NCBI GenBank assembly: GCA_964016885.1
Contig: OZ024742.1
Coordinates: 237,150,001 to 237,214,000, forward strand
Length of the DNA stretch: 64,000 nt
Origin: Eledone cirrhosa
Lineage: Eukaryota
Direction of reading: 5' to 3'
Each line of letters begins with the position of its first letter. Positions within the stretch are counted from its first letter, which is position 1. Below are positions 53,415 to 64,000 of the stretch, piece after piece. The translations under genes were made by a program, and so were the position numbers. The notes beneath the pieces are model-generated. The model saw nothing but the letters and a program-made list of their open reading frames with translations. It was not told the origin of the DNA and did no database searches.

Positions 53415-53850
53415 AAAAATTAACAGGGAAGAGGAAAAAGTTGATTGTATTCTTATTTGTGAGTACCGCATTTCTGCAATAAGCAACGCTTACTGCTGAC
53501 CTGGCAGTATTGGTAGAGGGTCGGACGCCATGCTTTCCAGCATAGTTACGTCCCTTTACGATCTGAGTTCAAATCCCGCCGAGGTTGACTTTGCCTTTCA
53601 TCCTTACGGGGTCGATAAAATAAAGAACCAGTAATGAACTGGGCTATTGCTGGCCTTGTGCCTAAAGTAGAAACAAATATATATCGGACACCATGCTTTG
53701 CAACATAGAGTTACGGCCCTTTACGGTTTGAGTTCAAATCCTGCCGAGGTTAACTTTGCCTTTTATCCTTATGGGGTCGATAAAATAAAGTACCAGTAAT
53801 GCACTGGTATAATTGCTGGCATTGTGCCAAAAGTAGAAACAATATATATA

Positions 53851-54430
53851 CTAGCAGAATGGCCCGGCGTTGCTCGGGATTTGCTCTAGGTTTCTTATAT
53901 CTTTATCCTTATCGAGCCTCGTGAGATAAATACGTTTGTTTATATTTTGTTATTGTGTATGCACAAAAATCTGTACGCAAATATATAATTATGTATATAT
54001 ATTAAAATAACAGATTAAAGTTTAAGCAAAGAATCACTGCTTTCACCCTTAATGGGATCTTCTGAAACTAAAAAAATCAATCTGTGAATGCAGAAGTAAA
54101 TATTTCGAAAAACGTTACACACTATATATACACACACACACACAGCATCATAATGTTGTAATGTGGACAGCCAGACATACAGACAGATATTATAAGGGCG
54201 CAACGTTATATCTTTGTATCTATCTAAAAAGAAAGACTAATAATTATAGAGAGAGATCGCTAAATCGCCTAATGTGGTCCCTAGGGCATTGAAAATTTGA
54301 AGTTTTTTTTCCCAAAACACTCACAGGACCATAAGTATTACATATGTAAAGTTTGAAAACAATCGGTTGGGTGGTTCTCAAGTTTTAGGGAGCTGACAGA
54401 CAGACAGACATTCTGTTTTAGATATATAGA
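53851..54430 (-). mobile_element. Non-autonomous Helitron
   Basis: Minus strand: a|TC start at 54430, (ctgt)n near the 5' end, hairpin cccgagcaacgccggg, and CTAG|t end at 53851. Confidence 0.75.
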
Positions 54431-54444
54431 TATATATATATATA

Positions 54445-54900
54445 TCATCATCATCATTTTACGTCCGCTTTTCCCTGCTTGCAAGGGGGGGACAGGTCTT
54501 ATTGAGCACGGCATCTCTCCATTCGTCATGGTGCTTTGTCATCTCCTCCATGAGCTTCAGCGATCTGAGGTCTGCTCTCACCACTTCCGCCCATGTTTTT
54601 TGTGGTCTTCCTCGACTGCATCTTCCTTCTACTGGGATTTCTTGACACTTCTTTACCCAGCGGTCATTCTCCATGCGCATCACATGTCCATACCAACGCA
54701 GTCTTCTCTCCTGCACACTACAGTCTATCCCTCTTATACACAGTTTCTCTCTCAACTCATCTTTGCTTGGTCATTCACGCACATTGACATTGCACATCCA
54801 ATGGAGCATGCTTGCTTCATTTCTCTCCAGGCGTCGCATATCTTCCACAGTTGCTGCCCATGTCTCATTACCATGCAGCATCGTGCATCCAACACACAGG
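54445..54900 (-). mobile_element. RTE LINE 3' fragment with (GAT)n tail
   Basis: ERRLRWYGHVMRME...RGRPQKTWAEVV. Confidence 0.85.
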
Positions 54901-55689
54901 CATCATATGATGATGGTGATTATATATATATCATCATCGTTTTAATGTGTGCTTTCCCTGCTAACAAGGGTTGAACGGGTTTACATACATTCAGTCAGTA
55001 CTGAAACAGGGCTACTTATCTACCAAACAGACCAGGGATCTCATTCTACAAAGTGCACAAGAGAGATTATCATGTTTTTGCTACAACAGAAGGACCTTCG
55101 TATATATGTATGGACAGATTGTGAGTTAGTGTGACAACAGGTTGTGTAAGATGTTATAAACCCCAAATTACAAACGACTTCCCTCGGTAGATTGGACCCC
55201 ATACCTGAAATGAAAGTAGCATGCCTAGGAAAGTAGTGTCTCTGATTAAAAATGACAGCACAGGGTATATATGGGCTCAATAAGCCATAGTAAAGGCAAC
55301 CCATCTAGAAGGACAGTCACTCTGATTAAAAACTACCAGGCGGGGTAGACGTGGACTCTGGAAGCTGTATTGAAGGCAACCCATCTAGGAGAGCAGACAC
55401 TCCAAACAGTGGGGAGAGGATTCTTGAGTCCAGTAAGATGAGCTCTCTAGTGCTAGTGGTATGAATAATGCACCCAGTCCACACTGTAATGTGGTTGTTG
55501 ATAAGAAGGGCAACCAGCCAGAAAAACCCTGCCAAAATATGAACAAAACAACAAATATAACTCCCACAAATTGCATTTAGAGCTAACACTAGTCATGTTA
55601 GTGCTAACTATGGTAAACTATGTGCGAAAACCCTTGACTGTCATCAAGCAATCGCACAATCCTTTTCACTTTCAGATACATTTAATCTT

Positions 55690-56400
55690 CTAACCAAGGA
55701 AATAACAACTGGCAAAGTACAAAACTCAGGACTGCCACCCTCAATGTTGGCATCCTGAAAGATACATCAGATGAAATTGTGGAACTGTTAGAGAAGAGAG
55801 AAGTGGTAATTTACTGTGTATAGGAGGTGAGATGGAGGGGTGCTTCAGCAAGATTACTGACTGGCAAACAGCATAGATACAAGCTGGATAGAAAATGACA
55901 ATGGGGTAGAATGTGTAGGCATCTTACTAGCTGAGAAATAGATAGATAAGATGATAAAAGTAGTTAGGGTAAGTGGCAGAATTATCAAGGTTAGCAGTAG
56001 GAAATAAAATGGTGACAATTACATCTACCAGGACTGAGTAAAGAACAAAAAGACAGATTCTATGAAGAACTTTTACAGGCAACTTCAGGTACCGATAAAA
56101 GTGACCCCATCATCCAGGCAACTTCAATGGACATGAGGGGCAGTACCAGGACGGATTCAGTGGAGTTCATGGCAGCTATGGTTATGACTCAAATTGACTA
56201 TTTACTTGTTAAACAAGACAAATTGACTGTAATAAATTCTAAGGTCTTCCCTGGGGAAGAATGCATCACTCAGCATGAATTAGTTATTGGTGACTTCAAA
56301 ATAAGCACAAGACAGAAAGAGACATGCAGGAAAATATGGAAACAGAGGATCTGGAAGCTAAAGATCCATTCTATGATGACTTACTACATAATGCATTTAG
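55690..56400 (+). mobile_element. Decayed APE endonuclease region of an RTE LINE
   Basis: TLNVGIL, (Q)EVRWRG, GILLAE, TQIDYLLV and GEECITQHELVIGD. Confidence 0.75.
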
Positions 56401-57984
56401 TAAGATGAAATTTCTACTGACAATTGAATGCTTCATGTTATGGTTCCATCCATTTCTATTTCCCTCATGAACAGCTGTATAGAATATTGAAATTTTACCA
56501 TTTTTAAGTAAGTTTTTTAACTTGCTATCCAATTTGAAAATAATCAAAATTTTACCATCAATGTAAGTTCTTTGACTTGCTATCCAATTTTTCTTTGGCA
56601 ATGCATCTATGTATATATATATATATATATATGTACATAGATAGTAAAAATTGATTTTATAATAACTCTTCTCTCAGATCTTCTTATACCTCAACGCCTA
56701 TATAATCATACAAACACGTATAATGTGGGTACATTTGTCTAGACAATATCTTACCCTTGAATTTTTATGTTACTGCTCCTAATGAAATTTCTTAAATTTT
56801 ATATTAAGTGCTAATAGTGTCTATCTATTTGGTTAACCTATACTTTTGTCAGACAACATGATTAATTACTTTAAGTATTAATCAATATTTTAATACATAC
56901 ATGCATATATATATATATTGTTATACTTTGGAAGGGTCATGTTGCCAATAAGAAACACACGCACCAGTTGCTTTCACTCCAATTTATTATAAATTAAATT
57001 ATAAATCTAAAAAAAAAAATTTATAAATTTCCGGTTGGTTGGGTGGTTCCACAACTGGACGGTTGTTCATATATTGTCAAAGTTCTTTCGTCACAGATTC
57101 AGTGACCGGGGATTCTTTTCTTTGTTTTGTGCCTCTCCTTTGTTCTGTCCTACGCCATCTTGTTTTTGTGTGTGTTGTGTGCTTAGTTTGCGCATGTGTT
57201 ACATCCGGGTGTCTGTGTGTGGTTTTATTTGTTTATTTATTTGGTTGGCTCTCTTATGGTCAGAAACATATTCTCTTACATATTCTCTTCACTGCTCTGT
57301 ATACACACATACACATCCTTATATTAACATAGTTTTGCTCATAGCTTTGTACTCACTTTTACTTACATATACACACACATATCTTCTTAGCTTCGTATGG
57401 ACGTATAACACCACACACACACACATGCATGTGCACAAGTATAGCTCTTTATACAAAATGTTTTTTTTTCCATTTCAGGTAGACGCTCCATCATCCATGT
57501 TTCTAAAAAAATAAATCATACACAAAACGCCAGCACCAACAGTTTTCCAAGAGATGGCAACATGAATGGACCTTTTATTTTTATTTTAAAATATTTTTTC
57601 CAATTCCACCCTTCAATCTATCTTATATCTCATTCTTGTGAGGAAAGACTAGCGTCCGAAACGTTAAGACCCTCTTCCTGCTATTTCAAGCATTAACCTA
57701 ATATATTCCTTCCATACACTGTACCGATTGTGTTGTTATTTCTGTTTACCTTTTACATACATACACATATATATATATATATATATAGTTGTTTTACTAT
57801 TAGCTGATTGTCTGTGTTGTATTTTATCACCACAATCAACAAACTTAGAGAGTGCATGTATGTGGGGTAGAGATTGGAGAGGTAAGTCTAGGGTGGGATA
57901 CTTAGCTGTTGAAGAGTGGAGTGTTAAGACATGTAAGGTGTATGGAAGAACTGGTGCATACTAAAACCACTTGATGCTTGCTTC

Positions 57985-58880
57985 ATTCCATGCATATGGG
58001 AAGGCAGGTCTTTTGCAGTACTGCATAATGCCAGAGATATTGATCCTGTCTCAGGATCCTTTGAGAGGTACAACTGTGTGAGGTCAGCTTTTATCACCTT
58101 ATCACAAGCTTTCCGAGGTCTTCCGTTTCCATCAACTTTGAGTGCCTTTTATACAACTGTTGTCCTTCATATGTTCATACTACCACAATCTCCTTGCCTG
58201 CACACTGCATCTGATCCCTCTTATGCTCAGTTTCTTTCTCAGTTCATTTACACTTTGCCATTCATGTATATTACTATTACACATCCATCAAGTATGCAAG
58301 CTTCATTTCTTTCAATTCTACATAGGTCCACTGCACACAGCACCCAGGTCTCACTACCATGCAGCATTACTGTTCATGTAAATGCATCATATAATCTGCT
58401 CTTTATTTTGAGGAAAAACAACTTTTGTAACTAGCAGCAGTAGTAGCTCCCTGAACTTTTGCCAACCTGTTCTCACTCTGGCTACTATATTTTTAGAACA
58501 CCTACTTACACTGCTAATTTGGTCACCCAGGAAACAGAAGCTGTCAACTGCTTCCATGGAACTCCCTAAGAATTTAATAGAGCTTGTTTCCTGTGAGTAC
58601 TTGGTGCTTACTACTCCTGAACATCGACAACATGTAAAACATATGTCCTTTGCAAGCCTGCCTGAGATCCCACTACATGTCTTGTGTACCATAATTTACA
58701 TTTAGAACATAGAATGGAATTTCTACCCATCTTTTCCCTACACACTGAGCAATGACTTACTAGGACTTTAGTCTTTGCCAAGTTGACTTTATGATCTTTT
58801 GATTCCAAGTTTTGCTTCCAGGTCAGGAATTTTTTCCCTAGTTCTGCCATAGATTCAGCTATGAGTTAGATCATCAATAT
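57985..58880 (-). mobile_element. Decayed RTE LINE fragment
   Basis: KVNLAKTKVL, CSVCREKMGRNSILCSKC, FCFLGD and ARVRTGWQKFREL. Confidence 0.85.
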
Positions 58881-59007
58881 GCCCTTCCTGACAAAAACCA
58901 TTTTACAGCGTGTTCTGAGTGTATTTTATTGTGACACCAGCACTATCCATATATATTTCAAATAATGACAATCTCAAGTTAAAATGAAATTTGACTATAA
59001 TACTTAC

Positions 59008-59068
59008 TTTTCTCACATTTGCATCTTTATCTTTTAAGCAGTTTAAAAATGTTTTGAACAATGCATCT
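59008..59068 (-). CDS. STK36: STK36/Fused-like Ser/Thr kinase, internal exon (first visible; upstream exons not found in window)
   Basis: ttttcag|A GAT GCA...AGA AAA|gtaagt. Encodes DALFKTFLNCLKDKDANVRK and joins in phase 0 to SASYAVGN, resembling STK36 'DKDPVVRCSASFAVGNAA'. Confidence 0.85.
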
Positions 59069-61591
59069 CTGAAAATACAATAGATATCAAAATAGGTGAT
59101 TAATATTTTTAATGAAAAACAGTCTATGAGTTTGAAACAATTTTGAAAATAATCAGAAATATATTAAAATAATTAACTTTTTCAAAAGTTCTTATATAAA
59201 ATTATGATAGGAGGTTTTTTTAGTTAAATACAGCAGTAAAACAGTCATGTATATTAGAACCAGGGGTGGTTTCAGGTGGTTTGGTATAAAAAGGGTTAAC
59301 CTATAGAAAATATATCATAGAAAGTTATTAATTTTTTTTTATTAAACTGTACTCAGATTTATGACAAATTTTAATTGAGCAAGTAACATAATTTTATTTA
59401 TTCAAAATTTCTTATTCAATTGTATATATTTACAGACATGAAGGAAACAAAGAGTGGGGAGAAAGAAAAATAAATATATATATATATATATCAGAGAGGT
59501 TATAGGATAAAGAGGACTGTTTAGTTGAAGATATGACAATCTCTTTAGTACTGATTACCATAATAAAATGCACCTGGTGCACTCTGTAAAGTAGGTAGCA
59601 TTAAGAAAGTCATCCAGCTGTAGAAACAATGCTAATTCTGGAACATATGAACATAATGAGCTCTCTCAAACCCATCTAATCTCAGACCAATCTCAGTATG
59701 GAAAATGGGTATAAAATGACGATGATGACTAAATATTAAGAAGCTCTCTCTACAAAAAAAAAAAAAAAAACTGTTTGGACCAATCATGTTAATAAATTTG
59801 AAGATAGGATTAATTCACTTTTATGAAAAGCAGTTAATCTATAATTTGTTTGATTCTATGATTAACTAGTATAAGTTTGATTGGTCCACATTTCTTTGTC
59901 ACTTTGTAGGTTAGTTACTTTGTGTGGGTAATCATTATTGTTTTGTTTTATGATGATTATATCAAAGTAACTAGGCTATGAAATGACTAAATATGAAGTT
60001 CTCCCACCAAGAAAGAAATGTAGATCATCATCATCATCATCATTTTATGTCCACTTTCCATACTGGTATGGATTAGATGGCTTGTTTCATTCTGAGACTA
60101 GGCAGGCAGGATAACTACTTCTTGCTCATATGTTCCATATTTGGGCAAAGTTTCTATGGTTAGATGCCCTTTCTGACATCAACCACTTTACAGAGTGTGC
60201 TTAGTGCATTTTATTGTAGCACCAACACTACCACTTTACTGTGTGAACTGGGTGCAGTTTATAGTGGCACCAGCCGTAGCAAATTTACAGAGTGTTTTAA
60301 GGTGCATTTTATTGTGGCACCAGCATGTACACTTTAGAAAGTGTATTGTACTGGGTACGTTTTATTGTGGAACCAACACTACCACTTTACAGAGTGTACA
60401 TGGTGAATTTTATTGCAGCATCAGCACTTTTGATAGATCAATCAAATGTATGAGTTTAAAAATACTTTCTACATGGGGATAATTCTATTCTATGAAATAA
60501 CCATAATCTATAATTTATTGGCTGCTATATCTAATAAACATAGTCTTTATTGATCCATCCACATTTCTTCTTTTAGGGGAGAATTTCTTTATATTTAATT
60601 ACTTTGTAGTAGTCATCATCATAGTTTGCTTTATTTGTAGCTAAGCTACAAAGTGTCTAAGTATGAACACATTTCTCCCCTTAAAGACCAAATGTGGATG
60701 AACCAAACAAATTTATAAATTTAAAAGTGTATTCCACATGGAAATAATTCACTTGTCGCTGCTGCCGCCATCGTTGTTGTTGTTGTTGTTGTTGAGGAGG
60801 AGAAGGAGGAAATAGCTTTAAACTATATTTTGGCTGCCATGATTAATTTAACTGACTGAGGTAATTATTATTGAAAAGTTTCATTTTTTTTCTCCAGATA
60901 TCTAACTTCCCACTTTGAATTACTTCTTAATAGTTTAAGGTAAGACATTGATTTTTCTTTTACTGTTATCTATTCAATTTTTAAATTACCATTTACTATT
61001 ATCAGATATAGCCCCAACATAATGTTTTCACACCACAGCGTTATCATAATCAATCATCTACAACTTAAGTCACTATCAAAAACTATTCCTTTCTACTGAT
61101 AAAATAGCTTATACAGCAGTGGTTCCAAAACTTATTCTGTTGTGGAACCATTATACAATTCTCCAGAAATTGTCAGACCAACACCTATATGTCACAGATA
61201 ATAGCCACAATAATACTTTAGATTGCATGAAAACTGTTTTAGAGAGAGAGTTTATTTATATAAAAGAAACACCATGCACATAACAAACATTTTAAAACCA
61301 TTTCCCCTACTAAAACAGGGGTTAAACTTGTGGGCCCCCATCATAGACTTTATACTCATCGTGAGGTCTTTTTTAAAGCAATGTTTATTGCTGGATGCTA
61401 TTTTAGTCACTTCTTACAATGCACACAGATATGGGGTTCCACAAAAAATCTTGGGGTTCTGTGAGATAAGGTATATTTTAATAAAATTATATAAAGATTT
61501 ATTATACATTTTTTATATACGGTAAATTGTGGCATACAATTCAACTTCTTAAACCTGAAAAAAATCTTTACAAAAGTAGACTTTCACTTAT

Positions 61592-64000
61592 TGGAAAGTA
61601 TGGCGGGATGGGGGAAGTAGAGAAGACTATCAAGTGGCCAGGAGGGAAGCTAGGAGACAAGTGTACTTCGCAAGAAGGGAAGCAGAGGAAAGAAAGTTCA
61701 AGCATGTTCTACAACGTGAGGACCAAAAACGTGAGGTGTTCAGGATTGCCAGGCAATGTGTCAAGGAAAACCGTGATATTGTCGGGGAGAAGTGTGTACT
61801 TAACGATGATGGCATACTTGCCATCACCGATGCTGATAAGAAGGTAGCTTGGAAGTGTCACTACGAAAGGCTTCTAAATGAGGAGAACAAATGGGAGAAA
61901 GACAGTCTCCCCCAGATCGATCCAATAGAGGGACCAGCAGTGTTAGTTGAAGGTAGTATAATAAGTAAGGCAATCAAAGATATGAAGACGGGTAAGGCGG
62001 CTGGTCCTTCGGAAATAGTTGCTGAGATGCTGAAGGCATCTGGTTCGGTGGGACACACCATGGTCACCCGGATAGTTAACCAAGTCGTACAGAATGGGGT
62101 TGTTCCGAAGGAATGGCGTAGCAGCATCATCGTTAACTGCTATAAGGGAAAAGGAGATGCCCTAGATAGGAGTAACTATAGAGGCATTAAATTAATCGAC
62201 CAGGTCATGAAGGTCACGGAAAAAGTAATAGCGCAACTAATCAGAGAGAGAATTGATCTAGATGAAATGCAGTTCGGGTTTGTGTCAGGCAAAAGTACCA
62301 CAGACGCTCTTTTCATTGTACGACAACTACAGGAGAAGTACCTAGCTAAAAGTAAACCCCTATACTTAGCTTTCGTCGACTTGGAGAAAGCCTTCGACAG
62401 AGTCCCCCGTTCCATTATCTGGTGGTCTCTTAGAAAACTAGGTGTTGACGAATGGCTTGTGAGAGCTATACAAGCCATGTATAAAGAAACAGTCAGTAAG
62501 GTTAGAATTAACAACGAATATAGTGAAGAGTTTAGCGTAAAAGTTGGTGTCCATCAGGGCTCTGTTCTTAGCCCCCTACTATTTATTATTGCCCTTCAGG
62601 CTATAACAGAGGAGTTCAAGACCGGCTGCCCATGGGAACTCCTATACGCAGATGATCTAACGCTCATAGCTGAATCAATGACCGAACTAGAGAAGAAATT
62701 CCAAACGTGGAAGCACGGCCTAGAATCAAAAGGCCTTAAAATTAACCTGGCTAAGACTAAAGTTCTAGTTTGTAGGAAAGAAAATAAGGCACTGGTCCCA
62801 TCGGGGAAATGGCCATGCTCAGTGTGTAGGAAAGGCGTAGGTAGAAACTCCATTTTATGTCCCAAATGCAAAGTATGGGTGCATAAAAGATGTAGTGGGA
62901 TCACAGGTAAGCTAACTAAGAACATAGATTTTACATGTGGCCGGTGCTCTGGTGCAATAAGTAGCAGCAAGCGCCCACAAAATACTAGCTCCTTCAACTG
63001 CGCAGAGGGTTCTATAGAAATAGTGGACAGCTTCCGTTATCTGGGTGACAAAATCAGCAGTGGGGGAGGGTGCTCTGAAAGTACAGTAACTAGAGTCAGA
63101 ACTGGATGGAAAAAGTTCAGAGAGCTTATACCACTATTAGCCGCTAGAGGGTTCTCCCTAAAAATGAAAGGCAGGTTATACGATGCCTGCGCATACGAAC
63201 AGCAATGCTGCATGGCAGTGAGACCTGGGCATTGTGTGCAGAGGATATACGCAGACTAGAGAGGAACGAAGCTTGCATGCTCCGCTGGATGTGCAATAGT
63301 AATATACGTGAACGGCAAAGCATAAACGAACTAAGGAAAAAATTAGAAATAAGAGGGATCAGATGTTGTTTACTCGAGAGAAGGCTACGTTGGTACGGTC
63401 ACGTGATGCGCATGAAAGACGACAGCTGTATAACAAAGTGCAGGGCAATAAAGATAGACGGTAGCCACGGAGTAGGCAGACCCAGAAAAACATGGGACGA
63501 GCTGATAAATTCCGACCTCACACGCTTACACCTCTCCAAGACAATGTCACTGGACCGAGACCTTTGGCAGTACTCAGTAATAGAGAAGACCCGCCTTACC
63601 TAAATACAAAGTAAAAACCTACTACAGTCAGTAGGCATCTCTATCAAAACACAACCCCGTCCCACCACCTCCACCCCACCCACACCGCCCCTTTCAATGT
63701 AAAGTTATGTTGGTCCCACAACATCCAGGCCGAAACAAATGAGATCGTGTAGGTGTCACGACAAAAAACACACAGTCCACGCTGTAAATGTGGCCGTGTA
63801 GGCAACACGGTAAAAACCTCCCAGCCCCACACTGTAAATGTGGTTGGTGTTAGGAAGGGCATCCAGCTGTAGAAAACCCGCCAGACAGTCCACGCTGTAA
63901 TGTGGCCGTGTAGGCAACACGGTAAAAACCTCCCAGCCCCACACTGTAAATGTGGTTGGTGTTAGGAAGGGCATCCAACTGTAGAAAACCCGCCAGACAG
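61592..64000 (+). mobile_element. Young 5'-truncated RTE LINE: near-intact RT ORF plus 3' UTR running off the window
   Basis: 541-aa ORF (KGKGD...NYRGIKL, QFGF, FVDLEKAFDRV, GVHQGSVLSPLLF, YADD, FRYLG) continues in 63205-63603 after a 2-bp GC duplication at 63191-63192. The 3' UTR has a ~112-bp tandem duplication. Confidence 0.95.

Noticed and set aside
56371-56601. 76-aa minus ORF with an internal ~30-bp direct repeat, as a possible extra STK36 exon or NUMT
   Set aside because: The flanking exons already join contiguously (VRK|SAS), and I see no recognisable protein or mitochondrial similarity.

Overview
AT-rich, microsatellite-dense animal genomic DNA; the repeat complement suggests an octopod cephalopod (inference). 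One host gene is visible: the last five coding exons of a minus-strand STK36/Fused-like kinase (C-terminal ARM/HEAT region; 59068-59008, 44135-44006, 41276-41204, 33190-33094, 21511-21326). All five have GT-AG boundaries and compatible phases. The rest is mostly mobile DNA: RTE LINEs (with a PHD-like Cys/His insert in the RT), R4/Dong-like LINE fragments, several Penelope-like element (PLE) families, tRNA-derived SINEs, Tc1/mariner elements, a Chapaev3-like transposon nested in a PLE, two non-autonomous Helitrons and a solo LTR. The most striking pattern is at least a dozen type I hammerhead-ribozyme motifs from about six unrelated sequence families. They lie in short, often fold-back, modules inserted in (TA)n tracts, and several are in sense orientation inside the kinase introns. 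Most repeat boundaries are approximate, and family names come from motif recognition, not database searches.
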